Counted from the first letter of the stretch, positions 46,052 through 55,394 are shown. The stretch is DNA of 64,000 nt from an uncultured Ruminiclostridium sp. (GCA_964553625.1 CAZKKZ010000004.1:149-64148); one strand, 5' to 3'. Made by a program: numbers and translations. Notes: generated by a model from the sequence alone, not told the origin.

Positions 46052-47392
46052 TTATCCCCGGCGATCGGAATATCCGTCATTTGAGCCTCCGTTTTCAGAA
46101 TTGAATTCCGACATCGCCGCCAGAATTTTTTCGGACGAGGTGACGAACGCGTCCACTACGCTGCCGTCAAAATGCGTACCCCGCTCTTCACGAATAATCG
46201 CACAAGCCTTGTCATACGGCATTGCGGCTTTATAGCACCTTTTTGAGGTCAGCGCGTCAAAGACGTCCGCAACAGCCAGAATTTTCGCGCACAGCGGTAT
46301 CTCGTCGCCCTTAACGCCGTATGGATAGCCGTTTCCGTTCTGCCACTCATGGTGATACGCCGCCATTTCGATCGCGATATTCAGATAGCGTATGTCGCCC
46401 AGATCGCCCTTCGCCTTTTCAAGAAGCTCCCGCCCCCCCGTAGTGTGCGTTTTCATTTGCGCGAATTCCTCGTCGGTAAGCCTGCCGGGCTTGTTGAGAA
46501 CGGTATCCGAGATATGGATCTTTCCGATATCGTGCAGCGGCGCCGCCATTACCACATCGCTTATGTATTGATTGGTGAGAATATCGGTGTGCTTACCCTG
46601 TTTTTGCAGTTCCTTCGCGAGTATCTCAACATATTTCGCGGTACGCCTGATATGTCCGCCGGTGCTCTCGTCGCGGTTTTCTATGATATCCGCCATTGTG
46701 GTGATGATATGAGACTGCATATCGTTGTATTTGCGAAGGTAATAGTTGCGCTTGTTTCCTTGAATGATCATTATTACAAACGCCCCGGTCATAGCCACCG
46801 CAAACAGGCTGTTTATAGCGATCATTCCGTTGATGTCCAAAGCCGCGTCGGATCCCGCCCGCACCGTTTCGCTTATCTTCAGCGAAAAAATCTGTGACAG
46901 AGCTCCGCCGATCATCAGCATAACACGTTCGAGAACCGAAAGCTCTCTGTCCCTTGTGTCTTTTGTGAACTTCCGCCGCCAGTCTTTCCCCAAAATCAAA
47001 AACGCCGCGAACGCCGCGATCAGCACCCCGTAAACGATGAGCTGATATATTTCGGCGGGGATTGAAAACAGGTACGGCGGCACCACCATAAGCGGTACCA
47101 TGATCCCGTTGATGATCGAAAGCGAAAACATCATAAAAAGCCCGAGGAGCTTGCGGGGCTTTTTTCTTGAAAGAACGATATTTATTCCGACGGCAGCCGC
47201 GCACGCTCCCTCGGCGACCAGCTTCCCGAACAGAAAGAAAACCGCCCCGATAACGACTGCGCTTATCAGATAAAAGATATTCTGCCGATTTTTCGGTAAG
47301 TCCTTTTCAAGGCATATATATTTTTTGATCAGAAAAAAAGAAACCGAAACGATCAAGGTTTCAAGCAAATCGCACACAAATTCCATGTCCAT
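46052..47392 (-). CDS. membrane-anchored HD-GYP domain protein
   Basis: 446 aa. About 6 N-terminal TM helices, then HD-GYP motifs HDIGKIHISDTVLNKPGRLTDEE ... HHEWQNGNGYPYG. Confidence 0.88.
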   Translation of the reverse strand: MDMEFVCDLLETLIVSVSFFLIKKYICLEKDLPKNRQNIFYLISAVVIGAVFFLFGKLVAEGACAAAVGINIVLSRKKPRKLLGLFMMFSLSIINGIMVPLMVVPPYLFSIPAEIYQLIVYGVLIAAFAAFLILGKDWRRKFTKDTRDRELSVLERVMLMIGGALSQIFSLKISETVRAGSDAALDINGMIAINSLFAVAMTGAFVIMIIQGNKRNYYLRKYNDMQSHIITTMADIIENRDESTGGHIRRTAKYVEILAKELQKQGKHTDILTNQYISDVVMAAPLHDIGKIHISDTVLNKPGRLTDEEFAQMKTHTTGGRELLEKAKGDLGDIRYLNIAIEMAAYHHEWQNGNGYPYGVKGDEIPLCAKILAVADVFDALTSKRCYKAAMPYDKACAIIREERGTHFDGSVVDAFVTSSEKILAAMSEFNSENGGSNDGYSDRRG

Positions 47393-47439
47393 TCGTCCTT
47401 TTTTGAGAATGCCGATCGGCGTTTTTATACTTTTTTCCG

Positions 47440-47470
47440 ATCAAACGGTAGAGGTTGTCTACCGTTTGAT
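47440..47470. other. 13-bp perfect stem-loop in the HD-GYP leader region
   Basis: ATCAAACGGTAGA-ggttg-TCTACCGTTTGAT. There is no adjacent U-run on either strand. Confidence 0.6.
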
Positions 47471-47502
47471 TCTGACGCGCAAAGCCGCCGGAAAAGCCGT
47501 AC

Positions 47503-47589
47503 AATACTAATTTCTGTCAAAATTCTTGATTTTGGCAGCCGCCTTTCAGGCGGAATTATGCTACTATAGCATAATTAGAAATTAGTATT
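47503..47589. other. 87-nt nested palindrome folding as a four-way junction (cloverleaf-like)
   Basis: The closing stem pairs 47503..47515 with 47577..47589 (13 bp, perfect). Inner hairpins lie at 47516..47536 (8 bp), 47539..47553 (CCGCC/GGCGG) and 47554..47576 (AATTATGCTA/TAGCATAATT). Linkers are 0-2 nt. Confidence 0.65.
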
Positions 47590-47618
47590 ATTATACCATT
47601 TCGCACGGAAATTGTCAA
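47590..47618 (-). promoter_or_regulatory. near-consensus sigma-70 promoter with extended -10 (TTGACA-17-TGgTATAAT) facing the HD-GYP gene
   Basis: Minus strand reads TTGACAatttccgtgcgaaatggTATAAT. The -10 box directly abuts the nested palindrome. Confidence 0.7.
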
Positions 47619-47763
47619 TGCTTTAATTTGGTAAGCCATGGAAATCAATTTTCGCCAATAATCATTAAAATAACCTTAGAGCCGGTAAACAATCAAGCGT
47701 AATTTTTGAAAATGGATTTCCGCACGCCGATTCCGCCGGATCAATTTTTTGAGAATTGAATAT

Positions 47764-47795
47764 CCCCCTGCCGACACGGCTGCATCGACAGGGGG
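47764..47795 (-). terminator. candidate terminator hairpin after the S41 peptidase gene
   Basis: CCCCCTGCCGA...TCGACAGGGGG. The downstream U-tract is weak. Confidence 0.45.
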
Positions 47796-47870
47796 TTAAG
47801 GGGTGCTTTTCCTTCTTTGAAAGTATTATCGTCAGCGTTTGGAAAAACTTTAGAAATTTTCAATCATAAA

Positions 47871-49337
47871 TTACGCTTCCAGAATCGAATAAAGCCGCTC
47901 AAGTGCCTCCTCCGAAGAACAGGGAATATCCGGTTCCACGAAAAGGTCGTCGGAATCTTCGCTCGGTCGGGTAAAGATCTTCATCGAGCACTGAAGGAGC
48001 AGCCCCGAATTCGGGAGCCGAAAGCGAATCACATCGCCACAGCCGTTCGCCGCGTTTCCCGGCGTTTCTCCGATGATCGTCCCAAGCGAATTGTCCTTAA
48101 AATAAAGCGCGAAAAGCATTGCCGAGCTGAACGAGGAGGCGGAGGTCAGAAGATAGGTATTTCCCGTAAAGGTCAGATCGGAGATCTGGTCGTTCTCCGT
48201 CACCGACACCGGGAAATCCAGCAAAAACGCGCCGAGTCTCCACTTCATTCCGTCATCGCGGTATCGCTCAACATCGAGATAACGGATAAACTCGTTCGCG
48301 ACCAGGGAATTCCCGCCGCCGTTCCCGCGCAGATCGACCGCGACATTCCGAATCCCCCGCTCCTTTACCTCGGTAAACATTTCGCGGAGCGTCCGACGGT
48401 ATTCGTCGTTAAAATTACATTCCTCCAGCGTCAGAACCGCGAGACTTTTCTCCTCGTCGATCTCGTAGGAAACGAAGGATTCCGAGACCTCGTAATACGC
48501 CGCGTTTTTCGCCATGTACTCGTCATAAGGGAGAAAATCCGCGTCGGTATAGCTTTTTGTGATCTCCTCCTCGCCGTTTGAATAAGTGAGCGTAAATCCG
48601 TCCGTCGAAAAACCAAGATAGGTCAGCCCGCTCTCACTGTTCAAATAGCCCTCGAACTGCTCGTCCGCCCAGCTTTCCGCCTCATAGCTGACCAAGCGGC
48701 AGTTCTCACGGAAGAAATCCTCATAGGGAACCCCGTTTACGGCAATGATCTCATATCCCGCCTTTTTCATTTCGGCATAGTCGGCGCGGTAGCGATCGGC
48801 TTCCGTTCTCGCATAAACCGTCGTATGCGCGTCGGAAAGGGAGGATACCGCCGTCTGCGCCGCGCGGCGAAGATCGTTTACGGTAAGGGTGCTTTGGTAG
48901 GCGAGCGATTTTCTCGCCTCGTCCATTGCGGCTTGAAATTCCTCGGGCGTACCGTCCAGAAAGAGCGGGTGAATCCGGGAAAGAACCTCCTCCAGCGTGC
49001 TCAGATCCGCCTCGACCTGATCGGGACGAAGAACCGTATCGGCGGGGAACCCTGCGGGAACGGAGTAAAGCATACAGCTTCCCCAGTAAGGATCACAGAA
49101 GGTTCCTAAAAAGGTGACGCCCGCCGCCAGAAGCGCGCCCGCCGTCTTTAGAGAAAATGACGCAGCCGATATTTTCCCGAAAATCAGGGAGCCGACCGCC
49201 GCGATCATCGGCAAAACCATCGCGATCCCCGCCGCCCAGAGCGGGAGCGGCGCGGCAAACAGCCCGATCAGAATCACTCCCGCGGCGATCAGAAACGAAA
49301 TGCAGTAAAGGATCAAAAAGACTCGCCGTTTTGTCAT
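47871..49337 (-). CDS. S41 family peptidase with N-terminal membrane anchor
   Basis: S41 core VAVDLRGNGGGNS. Start set at MTKRRVFLILY (49337). The track ORF extends to 49397. Confidence 0.85.
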   Translation of the reverse strand: MTKRRVFLILYCISFLIAAGVILIGLFAAPLPLWAAGIAMVLPMIAAVGSLIFGKISAASFSLKTAGALLAAGVTFLGTFCDPYWGSCMLYSVPAGFPADTVLRPDQVEADLSTLEEVLSRIHPLFLDGTPEEFQAAMDEARKSLAYQSTLTVNDLRRAAQTAVSSLSDAHTTVYARTEADRYRADYAEMKKAGYEIIAVNGVPYEDFFRENCRLVSYEAESWADEQFEGYLNSESGLTYLGFSTDGFTLTYSNGEEEITKSYTDADFLPYDEYMAKNAAYYEVSESFVSYEIDEEKSLAVLTLEECNFNDEYRRTLREMFTEVKERGIRNVAVDLRGNGGGNSLVANEFIRYLDVERYRDDGMKWRLGAFLLDFPVSVTENDQISDLTFTGNTYLLTSASSFSSAMLFALYFKDNSLGTIIGETPGNAANGCGDVIRFRLPNSGLLLQCSMKIFTRPSEDSDDLFVEPDIPCSSEEALERLYSILEA

Positions 49338-49403
49338 GTAAACGATCATTCCTCTCAATAAAAAAATGCCATAAGAAACTCTTACGGCATTTTTCATTTC
49401 AAA

Positions 49404-51389
49404 TTATTCCGTAATCTCTTCAATCTCTTCCGCTTCGTCGGCGTCCTCCGCTTCGGAATTCAGCAGAAGCTCCTTAATCGAAAGACTTACGCGGGATTTT
49501 TCTTCGTCGATCTCCGTAATCTTCGCTTCTACAACCTGTCCGATCGAAAGCACCTGTGCGACATTCGTTACGCGGTCAAGCGAGATCTGAGAAATATGGA
49601 TCAGACCGTCCACGCCCGGAATGATCTGCGCGAACGCGCCGAACGGCGTGATCGAAACGACCTGTACCTTTACAATATCGCCCTCCGCGAACTCATTGAG
49701 GAACTTCGTCCAAGGGTTGTCCTCCGGGCGCTTCGCGGTCAGCGAAACGCGCTTCTTCTCCACGTCGAAGGATTTTACCGTTACATGAAGCTTATCGCCG
49801 ATCGAAACGACCTCCTTGGGGTGCTTAATGCGGTTCCATGTAAGCTCGGAGGAATGAACCATTCCGTCCACGCCGCCGAGATCGACGAATACGCCGTAGC
49901 TTTCCATCGACTTTACTTCGCCGTCGAATTCCTTCCCGACCTCGATCTCTTCCCAGAACTTCGAGCGTACCGCGTCCGCCGCCTCACGTTCCGCCGCGCG
50001 GATCGAACCGACCACTCTGCCTCTGCCCTCGTTGATCTCAATTACCTTAAAGCCGATTTCCTTCTTTAAAATATCCTCAAGCTTTCCGCTTCTCGGAACG
50101 CCGGTCTGCGAAGCGGGGATAAAGACTCTCGCGCCGTCCTCGCTCGTTACGATCACGCCGCCCTTTACGACAGCCGTAACGGTACCCTTTACGGTCGCGT
50201 TTTCTTCCTTCGCGCCGATCAGCTTTTCCATACCCGCCTGCGCGTCTACCTGCTTCTTCGAGAGGTAAACGTAGCCGTCCGCGTCGTTAATCTTCGTTAC
50301 GATACAGTCGATTACATCGCCGACCTTAACAACCTCGTCGGGCGTAAGGTTCGGGTTCGCGGAAAGCTCTTCGGCAAGTATGTAGCCGGAATGCTTCGTC
50401 CCGATGTCTACGACCGCCTCCGTCTTGTTCACGGCAACAACGGTAGCCTTAACCCGATTCCCCGTATATACTCTTACCCGATCCATCTGATCGAGTGCAG
50501 CCATGAACTCCGCGTCCATCGCTTCATTTTTCATGATTTCGCTCATAGTAACATGAACCTCCTTAATTATATAGGCAGGGGTCGAAGCTCCTGCTGTAAT
50601 TCCTATTTTAACATCCTGCGATGATAAAAGGCTGAATATGCCGCTCTTTTTAAGCTGCGCCGCGTTTTCGACAAATACGGTGCGCGCGCGCCGTTCACAA
50701 AGCTGTGCCAGTTTCCGGGAGTTGCTGCTGTGCATTCCTCCGATCACGATCATCACATCGTTTCGCCGCGCGAGCTCGTCCGCTTCTTCCTGACGATTCA
50801 CAGTAGCCTTACATATTGTATCAAAAAATTTTACGTTTGTATAGTATTTTTTAATAATTTTTTTTAATTCTTCCCATTTGCATAGATCAAAGGTGGTTTG
50901 CGCAACACATATTAGTGCATTTTGACCAAACAATTTCTGCGTTTTTAACAGTTCAAGCAGTTCTTCCTCATTATTGACCGCCGCTCCCCTCTTCGCAAAC
51001 CCCAAAATTCCGACGACCTCCGGGTGATTCTGGTCGCCGACGATCAGAACGTCCGCGCCCCGCGCCGACTCCTCCGCCGCGATCCGATGAATCTTTTCGA
51101 CAAAGGGACAGGTCGCGTCAATCACCGTCAGCCCCTTCTCCGCCAGCTCGTCATAAACGCTTCGCGGTACGCCGTGACTGCGGATAATGACGGGAGTATG
51201 CTCCGGATCGACCGTCTCAACCGCGAAAATATCCCGTTCCTCAAGCTCGCGGATCACATCGCCGTTATGGATCAGCGGTCCGAGCGTGTATGCCCTGCCG
51301 TATTGCGCGGCTGCCTCGGTGGAAATTTTGATCGCTCTTTTCACGCCAAAGCAAAATCCCGCCGTTTTCGCAATCTCAATCCTTGGCAT
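49404..51389 (-). CDS. ispH: bifunctional 4-hydroxy-3-methylbut-2-enyl diphosphate reductase / ribosomal protein S1-domain fusion
   Basis: 661 aa. N-terminal IspH (AKTAGFCFGVKRAI, three Cys) followed by four S1 domains. This fusion is well known in Clostridia. Confidence 0.92.
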   Translation of the reverse strand: MPRIEIAKTAGFCFGVKRAIKISTEAAAQYGRAYTLGPLIHNGDVIRELEERDIFAVETVDPEHTPVIIRSHGVPRSVYDELAEKGLTVIDATCPFVEKIHRIAAEESARGADVLIVGDQNHPEVVGILGFAKRGAAVNNEEELLELLKTQKLFGQNALICVAQTTFDLCKWEELKKIIKKYYTNVKFFDTICKATVNRQEEADELARRNDVMIVIGGMHSSNSRKLAQLCERRARTVFVENAAQLKKSGIFSLLSSQDVKIGITAGASTPAYIIKEVHVTMSEIMKNEAMDAEFMAALDQMDRVRVYTGNRVKATVVAVNKTEAVVDIGTKHSGYILAEELSANPNLTPDEVVKVGDVIDCIVTKINDADGYVYLSKKQVDAQAGMEKLIGAKEENATVKGTVTAVVKGGVIVTSEDGARVFIPASQTGVPRSGKLEDILKKEIGFKVIEINEGRGRVVGSIRAAEREAADAVRSKFWEEIEVGKEFDGEVKSMESYGVFVDLGGVDGMVHSSELTWNRIKHPKEVVSIGDKLHVTVKSFDVEKKRVSLTAKRPEDNPWTKFLNEFAEGDIVKVQVVSITPFGAFAQIIPGVDGLIHISQISLDRVTNVAQVLSIGQVVEAKITEIDEEKSRVSLSIKELLLNSEAEDADEAEEIEEITE

Positions 51390-51999
51390 CTTCTCTGTCC
51401 TCTTCCGCCGGATCGGGGTTCAGCTCCTCCCAAAGCGCGACCATATCCGTCCGGATCCGCTTTGAAACATTCCGAAGCGCTTTCCGGTCATCTCCGTCGA
51501 TCCGAAGCTCCTCCGCGGGGATCAGCTTTCCGAAGCTGACGTCAACGTCCCGTTTACCGCTGTATTTTAAGCAAACCGGAAGCACCGGCGCGGCAGCCTG
51601 CCCCGCGATCAGCGCGACGCCCGATTTTACCCGTCCGATCCGTCCGTCCTTCGAGCGCGTCCCCTCGGGAAAGATCACAAAAATCCGATTTTTTCCGAGA
51701 ACCTCGACCGCTTTTTCGATCGGTTCTCCGTCTCCCGAGCCGCGAACGACGGGAAAAGCCCCGCACCTTGTAATAATAAAGGTCACAAAGGGATTTTTGT
51801 GAAAAAGCTCCTCCTTCGCCATAAAGGAAAACTTCCCCCGAACGCAGGACGCGATCATCGGCGGGTCAAGCATGGTCAGATGATTCGACGCGATAATATA
51901 GCCGCCTGTCAGACCGGAAAGATTTTCTTCGTGGTGAAGCGTGATGTGATATTTGATATGGAAAACAATGGAAAGAAGCCTTCTGAAAAAAAGATACAT
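51376..51999 (-). CDS. plsC: 1-acyl-sn-glycerol-3-phosphate acyltransferase
   Basis: 207 aa. HX4D motif (NHLTMLDP) and a FPEGTRS motif. Confidence 0.9.
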   Translation of the reverse strand: MYLFFRRLLSIVFHIKYHITLHHEENLSGLTGGYIIASNHLTMLDPPMIASCVRGKFSFMAKEELFHKNPFVTFIITRCGAFPVVRGSGDGEPIEKAVEVLGKNRIFVIFPEGTRSKDGRIGRVKSGVALIAGQAAAPVLPVCLKYSGKRDVDVSFGKLIPAEELRIDGDDRKALRNVSKRIRTDMVALWEELNPDPAEEDREDAKD

Positions 52000-52081
52000 C
52001 CGAGCGCTCCGTTTCGTTTATATTTTGGGCAGGACTGCGTCCCCGCTCCTTCCGTAAAAACGGAAAATCTCTTCTTCCCGC

Positions 52082-52756
52082 TTATTTTGCGGCTTGCTCA
52101 ATCAAACGGATCACCGCCCGAACCGACTGCTCAAAATCAAGCGAGGAGGTATCGAGAAGAACCGCGTCCTCTGCCTGCCGAAGCGGCGCTTCCTTACGGT
52201 GACTGTCGTTGTAGTCGCGGGTGATCAGGTCGTTCAATACTTTATCGTAATCGACGTCGATTCCTTTTGCGGTAAGCTCGTCATAACGCCGTTTCGCACG
52301 GATCTCGGGACTTGCCGTGATGAAGATTTTGACCTGTGCCTTTGGAAGAATCACCGTTCCGATGTCGCGCCCGTCCATGATAACGTCATGCTCCAGCGCA
52401 ACGGAACGCTGTGTTTCCAGCAAATAACGGCGGACAGCGGGAATCGGGGAAACGGCGCTCGCCGCCATGCTGATCTCGGGAAGGCGAATCTCCTCGGAAA
52501 CGTTTTCGCCGTTCATATAGACCAGCTGCGTCCCGTTCTCAAGGCGAATATCGAGCTTCAGCCCGCTTTCGATCGCTTCGCCCACTTGCTTTTCGTTTTC
52601 AACCGACATTTCGATCCCGTTCCGGACGCAAAACAGTCCGACCGCGCGATAAAGCGCGCCCGTATCCACATAAACAAAGCCGAGCCGCTTCGCGCATTCC
52701 CGCGCCACAGAACTTTTCCCCGCGCCGACGGGACCGTCCAACGCCACGTTTATCAT
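52082..52756 (-). CDS. cmk: (d)CMP kinase
   Basis: INVALDGPVGAGKSS P-loop. Start at 52756. The track ORF extends to 52798. Confidence 0.93.
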   Translation of the reverse strand: MINVALDGPVGAGKSSVARECAKRLGFVYVDTGALYRAVGLFCVRNGIEMSVENEKQVGEAIESGLKLDIRLENGTQLVYMNGENVSEEIRLPEISMAASAVSPIPAVRRYLLETQRSVALEHDVIMDGRDIGTVILPKAQVKIFITASPEIRAKRRYDELTAKGIDVDYDKVLNDLITRDYNDSHRKEAPLRQAEDAVLLDTSSLDFEQSVRAVIRLIEQAAK

Positions 52757-52898
52757 AAAAAATCCTCCCGTCCGTTCCCAAAAACGGACTGTCACCAATT
52801 ACGAGAAATACCATTTTATTTATTATAACACACAATCTAAAAAAACGCAACGGATTTCACATTATTTTCAGAAAAAGCGCCGTTTTTCCTAATCGCGG

Positions 52899-52928
52899 TT
52901 GACATCAACAAAGGATTTATGTTATAAT
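52899..52928 (+). promoter_or_regulatory. sigma-70 promoter (TTGACA-18-TATAAT)
   Basis: TTGACAtcaacaaaggatttatgtTATAAT, upstream of the GH5 gene. Confidence 0.6.
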
Positions 52929-52983
52929 AATTACATGGAAAAATACGGTACAAATTCGTTTGTTTCGGAAAGGAGAAACAGTT

Positions 52984-54012
52984 ATGAAGGAATGGAAGGG
53001 CTTTAAGAAGGGAATCAACTTAGGCGGCTGGCTTTCCCAATGTAAGGGAAATTATAACGAGCGGCATTACGCGGACTTCATTACGGAAAAGGACATCGAA
53101 GGGATCGCCGCTATGGGGTTCGATCACGTTCGGCTCCCGATCGACTACAACGTGATCCAGAACGAGGACGGCACTCTCATCGAAAGCGGCTTTGCGCATA
53201 TCAACCGCTGCCTTGCGCAGTGTGAAAAAAACGGGCTGAACGTCCTTCTCGATCTTCACAAGGCGTGTGGGTTTGTTTTTGACGATAAGGCGTATTGCGG
53301 CTTTTTCAGCGATGAGAAGCTTCAGGATCACTTTATCTTCCTTTGGGAGGAGCTCTCGCGGCGCTATGGAAATCGCGAGAACATCGCCTTCGAGCTTTTG
53401 AACGAAGTCACCGCGCGGGAATTTGCCGAACCATGGAATCAAATCTCCTCGCGCGCCATTCGGGCGATCAGAAAAATCGCGCCCGAAACAAAGATCGTTC
53501 TCGGCGGAATCTTTAACGACAGTATTTACGGGCTTACCCTTCTGGAACCGCCCTTCGATGAAAATATCGTTCTTACCTTCCATTGTTACAGTCCGCTTGT
53601 TTTTACGCATCAAGGCGCGGGCTGGGTGGAAAATATGCCCGCCGATTTCCGAATTCCTTATCCGCAGCCCGCAAATGTATACGCCGATCGATCCGCAAAA
53701 ATGTTCGGAGACGATTTTGCCGGTGAATTTTCTCCGTTCGGTGAAAAAACCGTTGCGTCGGAATATTTTGAGGCAATGTTCGCTCCCGCCGTCGAGCTGG
53801 CAGAAAAGTACGGGCTGCCGCTTTACTGCGGGGAATACGGCGTGATCGATCAGGCGGACCCCGAAAGTACGCTGCGCTGGTTCAAGGACATTCATGCCGC
53901 GCATGAAAAATACGGAATCTCGCGCGCCGTATGGAGCTATAAGGAAATGGATTTCGGTCTGATCGACCCGCACTATCACGAAATCCAACAAGCGCTGATA
54001 CAACTGATTTAA
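52984..54012 (+). CDS. glycoside hydrolase family 5 (cellulase-like), no signal peptide
   Basis: GINLGGWL, ELLNE (acid/base) and CGEYG (nucleophile) motifs. Start at MKEWKGF (52984), preceded by AGGAGA. Confidence 0.88.
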   Translation: MKEWKGFKKGINLGGWLSQCKGNYNERHYADFITEKDIEGIAAMGFDHVRLPIDYNVIQNEDGTLIESGFAHINRCLAQCEKNGLNVLLDLHKACGFVFDDKAYCGFFSDEKLQDHFIFLWEELSRRYGNRENIAFELLNEVTAREFAEPWNQISSRAIRAIRKIAPETKIVLGGIFNDSIYGLTLLEPPFDENIVLTFHCYSPLVFTHQGAGWVENMPADFRIPYPQPANVYADRSAKMFGDDFAGEFSPFGEKTVASEYFEAMFAPAVELAEKYGLPLYCGEYGVIDQADPESTLRWFKDIHAAHEKYGISRAVWSYKEMDFGLIDPHYHEIQQALIQLI

Positions 54013-54013
54013 C

Positions 54014-54049
54014 AAAAAACGGGAAGCGGCTCGCTTCCCGTTTCCTTTT
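54014..54049. terminator. bidirectional rho-independent terminator
   Basis: AAAAAACGGGAAGCGgctCGCTTCCCGTTTCCTTTT, between convergent genes. Confidence 0.85.
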
Positions 54050-54650
54050 ACGCCTCTTCCGTTCTCCAAATCCGCTTTACCGCGTTGGAAAGCGGTTTAT
54101 ATACCGCAAAGGTAATCGCGGACACGATCACGAATTTCAGCAGCGTAAACGGCGCGTTAAACCAGATCAGCGCGTCCCAGAGCGTCCCTACCCCGCCGTT
54201 CAGCTCACGGTAAAGATCGAGGATCACCTCCAGCGGCATAAGCTTCATATAAAACGGATAGCTTATGTAATAATTCACAAAAATACTCAGAACCGCCGCC
54301 GAAACCGATCCGACCGCGCAGCCCGCCATCGCCGAGCCGCGCGTCGGCTTCCGGCGATACAGAAGCCCCGCGGGGACTACCATACAAACGCCGATCAACA
54401 TATTCGCCAGCTCGCCGATCCCCGCCGACTGCGTGAACAGCAGGTGCACAAAATTTTTCACGACACAGACCGCGGCGCCCGAAAGCGGCGATACCAAAAA
54501 CGCCGCGATCAGCGCGGGCAGATCGGAAAAGTCGAATTTCACGAACGTCGGGATCAGAAACGGGATCGGAAACTCCAAAAACTGGAGTACCGCCGCAAGC
54601 GCCGACAGGATCGCGGTAACGGTTAAAAAGCGGATTTTTTTGCTTGCCAT
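54048..54650 (-). CDS. ribU: ECF transporter S component, riboflavin family
   Basis: 200-aa multi-TM S-component-like protein (FDFSDLPALIAAF), directly preceded by an FMN riboswitch. Confidence 0.85.
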   Translation of the reverse strand: MASKKIRFLTVTAILSALAAVLQFLEFPIPFLIPTFVKFDFSDLPALIAAFLVSPLSGAAVCVVKNFVHLLFTQSAGIGELANMLIGVCMVVPAGLLYRRKPTRGSAMAGCAVGSVSAAVLSIFVNYYISYPFYMKLMPLEVILDLYRELNGGVGTLWDALIWFNAPFTLLKFVIVSAITFAVYKPLSNAVKRIWRTEEA

Positions 54651-54689
54651 GATTGGCTCCTTTCCGCAGGGCGGGGGTACGGCTTTACA

Positions 54690-54849
54690 AAGAAAAACCC
54701 CGACCGTAAAAAACAGTCAGGGCATAAACGCAAAACCGCCATGTTTCTTTCATCCGGACTATACCGTCGGTTTCGGAATTTCACCGAATCATGCCGTAAG
54801 GCGCGTGGACTTTACCACCGGTGGAGAATTTCACTCCGCCCTGAAACAT
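54690..54849 (-). promoter_or_regulatory. FMN riboswitch (RFN element) with terminator
   Basis: Minus strand reads AUGUUUCAGGGCGGAGUGAAAUUCUCCACCGGUGGUAAAGUCCACGCG...GGUGAAAUUCCGAAACCGACGGUAUAGUCCGGAUGAAAGAAACAU, which matches the conserved RFN core. It is followed by the hairpin CCCUGACUG...CGGUCGGGG plus UUUUUCUUU. Confidence 0.92.
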
Positions 54850-54894
54850 AAAAAATTTATTTGATTAAACGGGCTTTCCCCGTAAAATCCGATC

Positions 54895-55308
54895 TTATTC
54901 GTCCTCATCCTCGTCCAGCGCCTTTAAATCGAATTCAAGGCGCCCGCCGCAGTTCGGACAATCGAGCGAACCGGAGGAGATCACGTCAAAGTCTGCCGTA
55001 ATCGAGTTTCCGCAGTTCGGGCAAGTGATCTCATACAGATCGTCTTCATCGGAATCCTCGTCGTCCTCATCATCGTCGTAGGGTCCGTAAACCTCGTCCT
55101 CAAGCTCATAAACGCTGTCCTCAAGGTCGGATACCACCTCGCTCACATTGTCCAAGTCGGAATTGATTTCCTCGACATTGACCGCAATGTCACCCAAAAC
55201 GTCAAGAATCGCGTGGATCACCTTTCCTTCGTTGGTACTCTCGTCAAGCTTCATACCCTCGGCAAGACCTTTGATATAAGAAACCTTTTCGGCAATCGAC
55301 ATAGCCAT
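54895..55308 (-). CDS. acidic zinc-ribbon protein (CD1247 N-terminal domain-like)
   Basis: 137 aa. Helical N-terminal half, poly-Asp/Glu linker and two CPNCG motifs forming a zinc ribbon. Confidence 0.7.
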   Translation of the reverse strand: MAMSIAEKVSYIKGLAEGMKLDESTNEGKVIHAILDVLGDIAVNVEEINSDLDNVSEVVSDLEDSVYELEDEVYGPYDDDEDDEDSDEDDLYEITCPNCGNSITADFDVISSGSLDCPNCGGRLEFDLKALDEDEDE

Positions 55309-55394
55309 TTTTATCCTTCCTTTCTTTCGTGAGAAACGCTTTCCGGTCGGAACCGGAGAGCCGGAACGCCCCTTCCCGGAAATCCCGGGACAAA

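Noticed and set aside
47503-47589. Possibility that the cloverleaf-like element is a tRNA-like gene or a c-di-GMP riboswitch.
   Set aside because: The stem lengths (13/8/5/10 bp) and loops (3-5 nt) do not fit a tRNA. None of the conserved c-di-GMP-I or -II aptamer sequence that I can recall is present. It is kept as an unclassified structure instead.
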